This document shows positions 50,805 to 60,749 of a stretch of DNA of 64,000 nucleotides, piece by piece. The stretch spans positions 310,001-374,000 of the forward strand of contig CDMY01000305.1 of NCBI GenBank assembly GCA_001179505.1, read 5' to 3'. The DNA is from Vitrella brassicaformis CCMP3155 (Eukaryota > Protista > Chromerida). Both the position numbers and the translations under genes were made by a program. The number at the start of each line of letters is the position of its first letter. Position 1 is the first letter of the stretch. The notes below the pieces were generated by a model, which searched no databases, was not told the origin of the DNA, and saw only the letters and a list, made by a program, of their open reading frames with translations.

Positions 50805-52516
50805 TCAGAAGTAGGTATCAATCAGATATCGGCTGTAGTCCATGGAAGTCCCGACGGTGTCGTAGTTGAGCAGCCCGCCTGTCCAGTAGGTCTTCTTCTT
50901 CCCCTGCAGCGCCTCCAGCCGCTGGTAAAAGCCCGCCCGGAGCTCTTCGCCACTCACGTGGGGAAACTGCACGCAGGAAGCACACAAGGTATGGACAAGT
51001 GATGGGGTCCCTCTCCCCTTGACAACTCACGTAGGTCCAGAAGTTGACTTCGGTCAAGTTGGCCTCGTACTCTTTCGAATCCCCGTTGAAGAAGATGTCC
51101 GTCATGATCTGCGCGCTGTCCTGCTTCAGCGTGTCGTTGAAGGGCTGCTGCTGCCGATCGTAACTCTGGTAGACAATGAGGCCGGCTCCTGGCTCCGCAC
51201 GGTAAATTGAGGCGATCAACGCCGGGTGGCCTGCACCGACAACTGATCGAAGAGCGGGAGGCTGGACAGACGTATCGAGATTGCCCAAGAACTGGGAGCT
51301 CTTCGGGTCGGGCATGTGCTCGTACGATAAGTCCACGAGTGTGGAGACATACGGGGCGTGGTACACCTTCCCGAAGACATCGCTCTCCTCCTCGTCCAAG
51401 CCCAAAAACTGCATGTCCGCCGTGATCTGAGGAAACGCCACGATGATCCGGTCGCACGTCCTTTCAGTGCCATCGGACAGCTTGATTAGCGACGGCTGAT
51501 CGGACTCTCGCACAGTGTTCACGATTTCCGCACTGAGCATGACCTCTAGCTTTCCCTTGGCAGACAGCGTGTCCACTATGGCCTTCAGCAGCAATGAACA
51601 GCCTCCCACTAGTCTTTGAAAAGTGCCGGTCAAACCCTCAAATATGAAAGTTGGCGTCAGACCCTTCAACCAGTACGCCATCGGAGTGAAATCGCCAGAA
51701 AGATAGCCGTAGGCTGCCGGTAAGTAGAAGACAGTCTGGAAGAACTCTATGTGCTCCGGACCGAGGCCGCGCTCCGTGAAGCGGTCTGCGATGAACTTGT
51801 TGGCCGGACCCGCAAGCTCGGGGTAGCGGTCGAAGTCGGTGGATGTAAGAGTGGGCTCGTAGGCGAGAGGTCGCTTTGGATCCGGCTCGCCAGTCTCCTC
51901 ATCGATGGCGACGTAACTTTTCCAGACGTCCACATACGCCAATATGCTGGTGACGCCCACAATGATCTCCTGCAGGTCCTCGATGCTGTTGAGCTCGAAG
52001 AGGCTCCCGATGTTGGGGAGCGAGAGTGAAGTTTTGAACGGCTCCTTGGCGTTGAAGTCGACGAAGGAAATATCCGGCGACCCGAGCACGATCAGTTCGA
52101 AGGTCTGACCGTAGATGTCGGCGAGTTCACGGACCTCTTTGAAGCCCCGAGGCATGAGGATGGCACCGAGGTTGTAGGTGCGGTTGACGAATTCGCCGTT
52201 GGCACTGTCCACTCGCTCGATATCCCTGCACTTGCCGCCGATTCTGTCCAGTTTTTCCAGCAGTAGGATGTTGGAGTAGCCTTTCTGCACAAGGTGGTGA
52301 GCCGCACCCACGCCGCTGGGTCCCGCGCCGATGATACAGACCTCATGGTCAGCTGGGAAGGACAAGGCTCAAGAAGGGCGTTGTCAACCTGAGGACACTG
52401 AGTGGCTTACCCTTCTCGTTCTGTTCGAGGTTCTGTTTGTCAGTGGGAAGGAAGTCGATTGCTCCGAAGGCAGCGGGTGCAAGGAGGAAGAGGGCCACCC
52501 ACAACCGACGCATCAT
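50805..52516 (-). CDS. Secreted FAD-dependent oxidoreductase, flavin amine oxidase fold, PUFA isomerase (PAI/PFI)-like
   Basis: Signal peptide MMRRLWVALFLLAPAAFGA; after intron 1, VCIIGAGPSG..LEKLDRIGGKC (Rossmann GxGxxG and GG motif), YNLGA, AYGY; C-terminal FPHVSGEELRAGFYQRLEALQGKKKTYWTGGLLNY..IDTYF*. 3 exons; exon 2 spans 51032-52352. Confidence 0.85.
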
Positions 52517-52541
52517 ATCGTCAAAGGGGGGGGGGGGGGGG

Positions 52542-52841
52542 NNNNNNNNNNNNNNNNNNNNNNNNNNNNNNNNNNNNNNNNNNNNNNNNNNNNNNNNNNN
52601 NNNNNNNNNNNNNNNNNNNNNNNNNNNNNNNNNNNNNNNNNNNNNNNNNNNNNNNNNNNNNNNNNNNNNNNNNNNNNNNNNNNNNNNNNNNNNNNNNNNN
52701 NNNNNNNNNNNNNNNNNNNNNNNNNNNNNNNNNNNNNNNNNNNNNNNNNNNNNNNNNNNNNNNNNNNNNNNNNNNNNNNNNNNNNNNNNNNNNNNNNNNN
52801 NNNNNNNNNNNNNNNNNNNNNNNNNNNNNNNNNNNNNNNNN
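52542..52841. other. Assembly gap (300 N) in a divergent promoter region
   Basis: Run of N flanked by G-runs. Confidence 0.99.
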
Positions 52842-53000
52842 GGGGGCAATCAAAGATACGATCACTACAGGTAAATATGGCATACCGTGTACAGCCTAGT
52901 AAACGGCCACGGTCGTCGTCTCGAGCTCGCCAGACAGAGAAAACGGGTTTTCCGGCTCCAAAAACCGCTGTATTGCTGGTCCTCAGCTGAGGTGAGTGAG

Positions 53001-53955
53001 ATGTCGTCGCTGCCCGTGCTTTCCCAGATCGCCACAGCTCTTGGTGTGGCGTCTGTGAGTGCGCTGGCGGCACCGCAGCGACTCAAAGGCATCGGAGAGA
53101 GCCTGGCGCCGCTGCTCAGCCTCAGGTGTGTCTGTGCATTGGAATGCAATGCACACTCGCAAGCAGACAGACAGACAGACATGGATGAAACGACAAACGG
53201 GCGCTGAGGATGGTGCTGGCATGTTTGTCGCATGATTGAGAGTTGGTCGATGTTGACGCGGTTCATTTCATGAGAGTCCGACCGACTTCGTTGTCCCCCC
53301 CCATGGATGAAACGAAGATGGAAGATCTGCGGCATGGCAGATCTATCTGCTGGGCATGTCTGTGTGTATGTTTGTGTATTTCAGCTGGGGCATCTTGTTC
53401 GGTTCGCAAGTATGGGTCTCGCTGGTCAGTGGCATCATCATGTTCCGCACTGGTGAGCGGAGTGCAACCTTGCACACTGACGAGTGTGTTTGGGGCAAGG
53501 CAACGGCTGAGTTGTGTGTGTTTGTAGTGCCTCGTCACACCTTCGGCAAGTTGCAAAGCAAGCTCTTTCCCGCTTATTTCCAGCTGTCCACCATCTGCTC
53601 GTCCCTCCTCACCATCGCCACAGCCGTCCTGATGCCGTCAAACCGCCTTCTTCACACCTGTGCTGGCCTATCGCTGGCCTCCTCTCTCGTCAACCTGGTG
53701 TACCTGGAGCCTCAGACTACCGCCACCATGTACGAGAGGCACGCGATTGAGAGGGAGCTGGGCATCGGGGTCAGCATGAAGGACGACCCCGCCAGTGTGG
53801 AGAAGGCCAAGGCCAACACCGAGCTGCAGCGGCTCAACAAGAAGTTCGGGATGTACCACGGCATCTCGTCACTGAGCAACCTTATCGGGTTGGCGGCTCT
53901 CTTTCCCTTCGCCTGGGCCATCAAGCCAGAGCGGAGAGCAGGGAGGACTGTGTAG
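53001..53955 (+). CDS. TMEM205: TMEM205/DUF4149 family membrane protein
   Basis: WGILFGSQVWVSLVSGIIMFRT|VPRHTFGKLQSKLFPAYF, VNLVYLEPQTTATMYER, LNKKFGMYHGISSLSNL. Confidence 0.88.
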
Positions 53956-54385
53956 TAGATAAGATAAGATTATGGGGACCAGACCAGACCACATCGCTGG
54001 TACGTACATGCATACAGACAGTTGTGGATATGTGTGTGTGCTGATGTCATTGATGTATGGCCGAAGGATGGATGGATGAGACAGACAGACAGACAGACAC
54101 CGACTAAGCCAGCGAGACCGATCGATTATTAATCGATTGTGGTTACGTGACAGTGAGTTTTAAAAGAATATATGAGTGTGCCGCCGGCGCATCCAGGCAG
54201 ATCGAATTGCGATCACACATTCACGAAGAGTGTTGTCAATCAAATCTGCCGAAGTCCGACAAGCGTGGCACAACTATTCAGCCATCCCTCAACTCAACCA
54301 CAAGCACTGACGAAGCTGTACAGGTCACTGCCGTGGCCGGGCCGCAGATCGGCCCTCCCTCCCTCCTCGGCCATGCCTCACTGAA

Positions 54386-56949
54386 TCAATCGACGCCCGC
54401 CTTCTTGGTCATCTCGACAAGACATGTGCGCAAGTTCTCGTCCTCATCGTCGTCATCAGAGATGGGCAGCTCCACGTCATAGTACTGCATGCACCGCCGC
54501 ACAGACTGCCAGAGGGCCCTGTCTGCCCCACCCACGACCAGCGGCATCAGCACACACACGCTCGCCTTGTCGGGCAGCAGCAGCAGAGTCAGATCGAACA
54601 CCGACCTCATGCTGGCTTCCCCCCTCGCATAAGGGATCAGGTTCGAGAAGGTCAGGTGCTTGACGGGCGGGGCGAGTGGCGGGGCGAGCACCAGAGGGGG
54701 CAGCTCCACTGGCAGATGCTGGCTGACGATCTCCAGCTTGGTCAGCTTCTCAGGGCGATCCTGGCGAATAAAGGGACAGATGAATACGCACAAACATAAA
54801 TACATTCATCGAGAGGGTGTGGTGTGTGACAGACAGACCTTGAGGTATCTCAGGCACTGTCCGGTGGTGGACGGTGCCATCCCTATGATTTTCATGCTCT
54901 GGAGCGACGGTAGTGAGGTTATGGTGCGGCTGAGGGGGTTGGGCGGTGCAGCAATGACGCTGGGGCCTTGCGTCGACGTGCCGATGCGAGAGAGGATGAG
55001 ATTGTCAACATTCGGGTAGCGACCCGCCTGTGTGAGGAAGCCAGGGATGCTGCTGAAGTCGTCGTCATGGACGTCGTGTCTGAATACCACCGACAGGGAC
55101 CGCGCCCCACTGAATGGTGGGAGGAAGCTCCACCTCTATCGACGACACACACCGGTGTGGCTGGGTGCATACACGATTCGTGCTGGTTGAGTCTACCTGA
55201 GGAAGCGGGACACCTCCGTACGCAATCATCACTGACGACAGACAGACAAATGCACACAGACACCTTCACTTTCATCTCTCCTGTTCGTTCCCTCCCTATA
55301 GGTATGGACTCACCATATGCTGATTCGGCAGCGAGTCCCTCAGCCATCCTCCGCACGATCGAGTGGACAGGCGACGGATCGACAGTGTTGTTCTGGACAT
55401 CTACGCAGTCGAACGTGATGCTGACACACACACAAAGATACATGAGCGCGACACAAGGTTCCATGCATGCACCGGGTGTCGAAGCTGTATGCGATCTTGC
55501 ATCCCATGTCCTCCAGCTGCTCAATGAACCCGACAGCTGCACACACACACACACACACACATACCCAGACACAGACACAGAACGCAGACACAGACACAGA
55601 GGAAGAGAGAGTGAGAGAAGGGGGACTGGTGTTGGTTGGCTCGTCTCCTCTGCTCACCGCTCAGCCCGTGTGGCCCGGCGGTGCTCCTCAGCAGGCCAGG
55701 CATCCGCTCGCTGACAGACATGTCGTATGACAGGGTCAGGTGCTTGTTCCTCCTATCGTTCCTGTGGCCCCACAGCTGCCGCAGCACTCCGAGGAATGGG
55801 TGCAGCGCGTCGAACGGTGCGTCGGGGTGGGACACGTTGTCGTGAATGCGGATCCAGTCGAAGGCGGTCAGGTGCGTCATACTCGGAAGGAGCGGGAAGG
55901 AATGCGGCAGCCGGCGGGGGTCTGACGACAGACAGGCAGACAGACAGACAGACAGAGGCGAATTGTATTGTTGGCTATTCCGGCGGGATAGGTGGATCCT
56001 TACATGGCGTGAAAGGATAGATGTAGAGCCGCTGCAGCTTCTTGGATGTATTGAGGAAGTGCGCCAGGGGCTGGTCGACGGACGACTCGGTGAAAAGGTC
56101 ATCCTCGTAGCTGTCCTCTTCACAGTCCGTCCCCATGAACATGTCGCCCTCCAACTCGGTCAACTCTGGCCTGCAAACACACTCATACCAAACACGGGCG
56201 CATGGCTACGTCCCCCTTTCGTCGTAGGTCCATCGATGGCTTACATACCACTCGAACCCCTCGGTCACCATGCGCACGAAGTACCGCAGGCTGTCCACAC
56301 GCAGCTTCTTGACGTGGGGAAACACAATGCGGTCAGCAGGGGGCGTCACAGCAGGCGGGCTGCCGATCCCCTGCCCCTCAGCGGGAAAATCCTCGCTCTC
56401 CATGTCGTCGAATCGAGTGATGACCAGCTTCTGCAGCACGGTGGGCGATCGGCGGATGGCGGCGATGACCATCTCACTGACGGGCCACTCATTGGGATCC
56501 ATCTTGACCACGATGCTCTGGTGGTGCGTGCGCTCCAGCCGGCTCGTCACGTGGGCTGGCAGGTCCCAGAAGACGTGCTTGTCGATGTAGAGGTGGCTGT
56601 AGAGGGATGATGCTCCGCCGGCCCGCTGATGGTGCGGCTTCATGATGCTCGATGATGGCTCGCCGGTGACGCACGTGGAGAAGTGTCGGGAGACCTCTGA
56701 GAGCTGCTTGGTGCCGTCAGTGCTCGTGAAGAAGGAGCCGGCGTAGGACAACACCTCGTTCGGCATCGAGCGGAAGCCGGTGAATGGCACCTGGATGAAC
56801 AACGAATCAACGACGACAGATCGATGAGATGCAATCAATCAATGACAGATCCGTCACATCCATCCATCCTTAGTGCTGTTCTCCTGCATGCGTACCCTCT
56901 CGTGTGCCGAGGCGGCTGGTGATTCATGATTTGGCGATGAAGCATCCAT
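54386..56949 (-). CDS. F-box-like/LRR-like protein, probably from a lineage-expanded family
   Basis: MDASSPNHESPAASAHER|VPFTGFRSMPNEVLSYAGSFF..LSEVSRHF (F-box-like), followed by LxxLxL-type units: LQKLVIT, VKKLRVD, LQRLYIY, LTAFDWI, LQSMKII, LTKLEIV, VKHLTFS. Confidence 0.55.
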
Positions 56950-57278
56950 CACGATAGAAGCACACAGACAAACAGGTGACTGACTCAAAAGACGAGCTGA
57001 GAACTGCCGGAAGATGAGCTCGCAACATTAATCCAGGCAGATACCTTCAACCAGGCTGAACCACCACCGAGGCAGGCACGATGGATGCACGACATGGCGT
57101 GGCTCTTTCGTCGTGCTCGACAAGATCCGATGATGCATCTCCCGCTGAAGATCACTCGCAGCACCAAGCGCATCGGCACTGGCACGGGATGCAGCGAGGG
57201 AACCAATGCAGCGACGCAAGCATGGCGACGACAGCATCAGCTGACGTGTGCAAATGGAGGAGGAACAGGAGAACCAGC

Positions 57279-59033
57279 ATGATGCCAATGACGCCTTTGT
57301 TCGGCCTCCTTGCTGGCTTCTGTCACCTTCTCGTGTCGAGTGCATTCACCCTGCTGCCCTTGGCGAGAGATCCGAGGCGTTCATGGCCTGCCAATGCAGC
57401 TGTCAGACGACCCTCTGGCACTGCCCTGTCAGCCGAGGGCGTGCGGAAGAAGAGGCGGCACAGGAAGGGACCGGCCATCAGCCCAAGCAGTCCCCGGTAC
57501 CTCCTCACACAACAAGGCCGGCGCGCCATGTCCAAGGACCGCAGCCTCCTCGTCAAGTCGGAGATACACCGGGTCAGAAGGGCGCTGAGGGAACAGCGGG
57601 CAGCCAAGCTCGACTCATCGTCGTCACTCCAAGATCCTTCGCAGAATGCACCGAGTCTGCCTTCGCTGGAGGAGAGGTCGGCGCCCGAGCGGCTGCAAAA
57701 GGTCATCAGCCGGGCGGGCATCGCGTCGCGTCGAGCGGCGGAGGAAATGATCCTCGACGGGAGGGTGCGTGTCAACGGGGTGGTGGTGACTGACCTGGGT
57801 GTCAAGGTGGACGCACTCGGCGACCGTGTGACTGTGGACGGGCGGAAGATCGCCGTGCGGCCGCCGGAGGAAATCAAGTGGATTGCCGTGCACAAGCCAA
57901 AGGGATACATCTGCTCCATGAATGGTACGTTTGCATAAAGTGGGGGAGGGGTGGCATCATGTGTCACCATGTGGGTGTGGTGTTCCGTCGCCGTGCCTCT
58001 GTGCAGATGACCGTGATCGCAAGACGGTGAAGGATCTCGTCCCAATGGCTGAACGGCTCAGGTACTTGCCACATAGGCAGCCGCCATGCAATCGGCCACT
58101 TTGCTCGTCAATCTGTGTCTGTGTGGTTTGTGTGTTCCCTGGCTGACAGGTTACTGCCCGTCGGCCGTCTGGATCGTGACAGCTCGGGCCTGCTGCTTCT
58201 CACAAACGACAACAAATGGTCAGCCACAAACAGACCTCCTGAAACAGCTCATATGGCGGCTGCCATCACTCCCCCCCCCCCCTCTCTCTCTCCCGTGTCT
58301 ATGTGTCAGGTTGCATCCCCTCACCCACCCTTCGTATGGCCATCAGAAGCGCTACATCGTTACTGTCGACAACGGCACACCCAAATAGTGAGTGGCCGAG
58401 GAGGAAGGCAAGTGAACCTAATTATGCTCCATCCCGTGTGGTCTCTTCTGTAACCCTTCAGCGATGTTCTGAACGAGCTAGCCGAGGGGGTGCTGCTGCC
58501 CGGGGAGCGCACCAAGACGGCTCCCGTTTCAATTGGGGTGTTCTTCGAACCAAAGACATCTAGGAAATCGGTGAGTGAGTGGCTGACTGGATGGATGGAC
58601 GGCAACATTTGTTGACGAGTGTGTGTCGATCAGTTTGGGACTCTCGAGGTGACTCTGCGCGAAGGCCGCAACCGCCAGCTGAGAAGAATGATGGAGGTCA
58701 GTATGCAGTCAATGTGCTTGCGCAGACATATGTACAGCTGCTCAAGCAGCAGCTCACGCCTCCGTCGTACGTATCATGCCTCAGTTCATCGGCCATCCGG
58801 TGTTGAACATCCGTCGAGTTGACTTCGGGCCCCTGACACTCAAGGGCATCACCACACCTGGCCAGTGGCGGGAGCTCAAGCCCTCAGAGGTCTTCATGCT
58901 CAAGCGGGCCGTCATCACCCGAGCCAAAGCCAGAGAGAGGATGCTGAGGAAGCAGAGGAAGGACGGCGAGACACAGACTGTCGCGGCCAAGGAGATCAGT
59001 GGCCTTGTCGACGGCAACCGGAGGGCCGATTGA
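57279..59033 (+). CDS. S4-domain RsuA/RluB/RluF family rRNA pseudouridine synthase, predicted plastid-targeted
   Basis: Leader ending VSSAF; ERLQKVISRAGIASRRAAEEMI.DGRVRVNG (S4), HKPKGYICS, catalytic VGRLDRDSSGLLLLTND, EGRNRQLRRM, RVDFGPLTL. Confidence 0.93.
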
Positions 59034-59282
59034 ACTGCTTGTTTGTGACATGGTGTGGTGTGGTGGGTGTGGTGTGTTGGGTGTGGTACTGTGCATTGAG
59101 TGGTACAGACGTCCGTGACACATGGATGTACAGCTGGCGATCAATATATTAGTCGAGTACGCAGCTGGCGACCCAAAGGTCATTCATGTCTGGATTGGAT
59201 GTCATGTCCACACCTAGTGCTACTACCAACAACATGCCCGCGTGCCGCTCAGCACACCCATTTGTCCACACGACCTCAAAGG

Positions 59283-60290
59283 CTAGATGAAAGGCCTTAC
59301 AAAGTTCGCTGAGCCTGTCGCGACCCTAGTCCTGCGTGTACGCTCATCCACCAGCATCAGAAACGACTCACGGTCCTGCCCATCGCTCTTGATGGAGTCC
59401 AGATATGCACCAGTGCCAGGCACAGTCAGACTCGAGACAAAGCTGTCGTACTGGCTCTTGATTTTGAGGCCAGATTCGTCGAATATTCTGAGCTCTCTCG
59501 GTCTCAAGTTCATGTCGGCATATAGCTCCTCAGCCACTCGGTCAGCCAGCGCTTGCAAAGCCTCTTGCTTCGGCAGCTGAATGTCCCGCACCTCGTCGAT
59601 TGCAATGCCGACGAGACTCAGCTCGCGCACCAGCTTGCGAATGTCCACCGATCGGTCCACATAGATGGGCGCGCCGAAGCGGTAGTAATCCACGACGTAA
59701 GGGAAGTACGCCGGATCGGCGTCGATGAACACCGGCTGATCTCTTTTGCTCGTCCCCAGCTGACTGGCCAGCTGCCCAAGCACAGTGTCGGGATGCTTGG
59801 CAAGAGTTGATCTGGCGACAGCGAAGGGCTGGCCGCCCACATCCAGACGGACAGGCTGCTCCTGCACCATCAGAGAAGGCAAAGAGAGTTGCTGCACGAC
59901 GGCTGGCGAGGGCGGCGGGGCCTCCGGTGTGCCGGCCAGTGCGGGAATGGCTGGCGTCAGCGAGATGAGGGCGATAAGTGGAAGAGCCGCACAAGAGATG
60001 AACGCATGTTTGAGCATCGCCTCCATGCGTCTTGGCCATCCTTGTGCACCACTTTCCTCCCTTGTCGTCGGCTGCTGTTGTCCGCCTTCATGAAGGCCGG
60101 CAGGTAGCCGACTGACCCAAGGCTGTCTTGTGTTGGCCTGAAGAGAGGGCGAAGCTGCTGATCTCCCGTGCAGCAGTGGTCGTGGCGCGAGTGTGGTCCA
60201 GCAGAGGGCAGGGGGAACGGCAACCAATGAATGGATAAGCAGCACCACCAGCACCATCGACAAGACGCATTGTCGCAGATTCATCGCCAT
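59283..60290 (-). CDS. Intronless KCTD-type BTB/POZ (T1) domain protein with long organellar leader
   Basis: VRLDVGGQPFAVARSTLAKHPDTVLG..VFIDADPAYFPYVVDYYRFG..ELSLVGI is the canonical T1/BTB pattern; single 1008-bp reading frame. Confidence 0.88.
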   Translation of the reverse strand: MAMNLRQCVLSMVLVVLLIHSLVAVPPALCWTTLAPRPLLHGRSAASPSLQANTRQPWVSRLPAGLHEGGQQQPTTREESGAQGWPRRMEAMLKHAFISCAALPLIALISLTPAIPALAGTPEAPPPSPAVVQQLSLPSLMVQEQPVRLDVGGQPFAVARSTLAKHPDTVLGQLASQLGTSKRDQPVFIDADPAYFPYVVDYYRFGAPIYVDRSVDIRKLVRELSLVGIAIDEVRDIQLPKQEALQALADRVAEELYADMNLRPRELRIFDESGLKIKSQYDSFVSSLTVPGTGAYLDSIKSDGQDRESFLMLVDERTRRTRVATGSANFVRPFI

Positions 60291-60411
60291 CTGCAGATCT
60301 CCTGTTTCTTGAGCTGCAGCGCACCACAACAGTCAGGTATGGCGCTGGAAAGCCTCGAATGCCTTTTCCCATTGGATCGCATTCTCAGCTCGCATCTTTC
60401 TCCTCTCTTGT

Positions 60412-60663
60412 AACCGCTCTCTCCTCTCTTGTTCTACGACTTAGTCCAGCAAACGACTCGTATTCAGCGGACGGCCGTGGGTTTCGGTCTGGAGGCCTCG
60501 TGAGTGTGTTCCTTGGGAGTGTGTTCCTTGGGTTCCTCTGTGCATGTGGAGCGTGCGTGGGTGATTCCTGTTGCGTGTCGTCGTTTGATTGTGCGTGAAA
60601 GACATGGGACTTGGCCGTCAGGCCGCTTAGGACATTCCGTGAAACCGCTCTCTCCTCTCTTGT
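60412..60663. repeat. 21-bp direct repeat AACCGCTCTCTCCTCTCTTGT in the BTB/uL4m spacer
   Basis: Exact copies at 60412-60432 and 60643-60663, with a tandem GAGTGTGTTCCTTGG pair between them (about 60502-60531). Confidence 0.85.
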
Positions 60664-60749
60664 GGCAGAGGGGTTTTTTGACCTTCGCCCGAGCCGCATT
60701 TGGTGCAAGATCTTTGCAAGATCTACAGGTTCAGGGAGTTGATCTTTCG

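Noticed and set aside
24759-52516. Possible lipid-metabolism gene cluster (elongase, alpha/beta hydrolase, acyltransferase, isomerase-like flavoprotein)
   Set aside because: The genes are spread over 28 kb among unrelated housekeeping genes, have different predicted locations, and show no pathway logic or shared unique motif.
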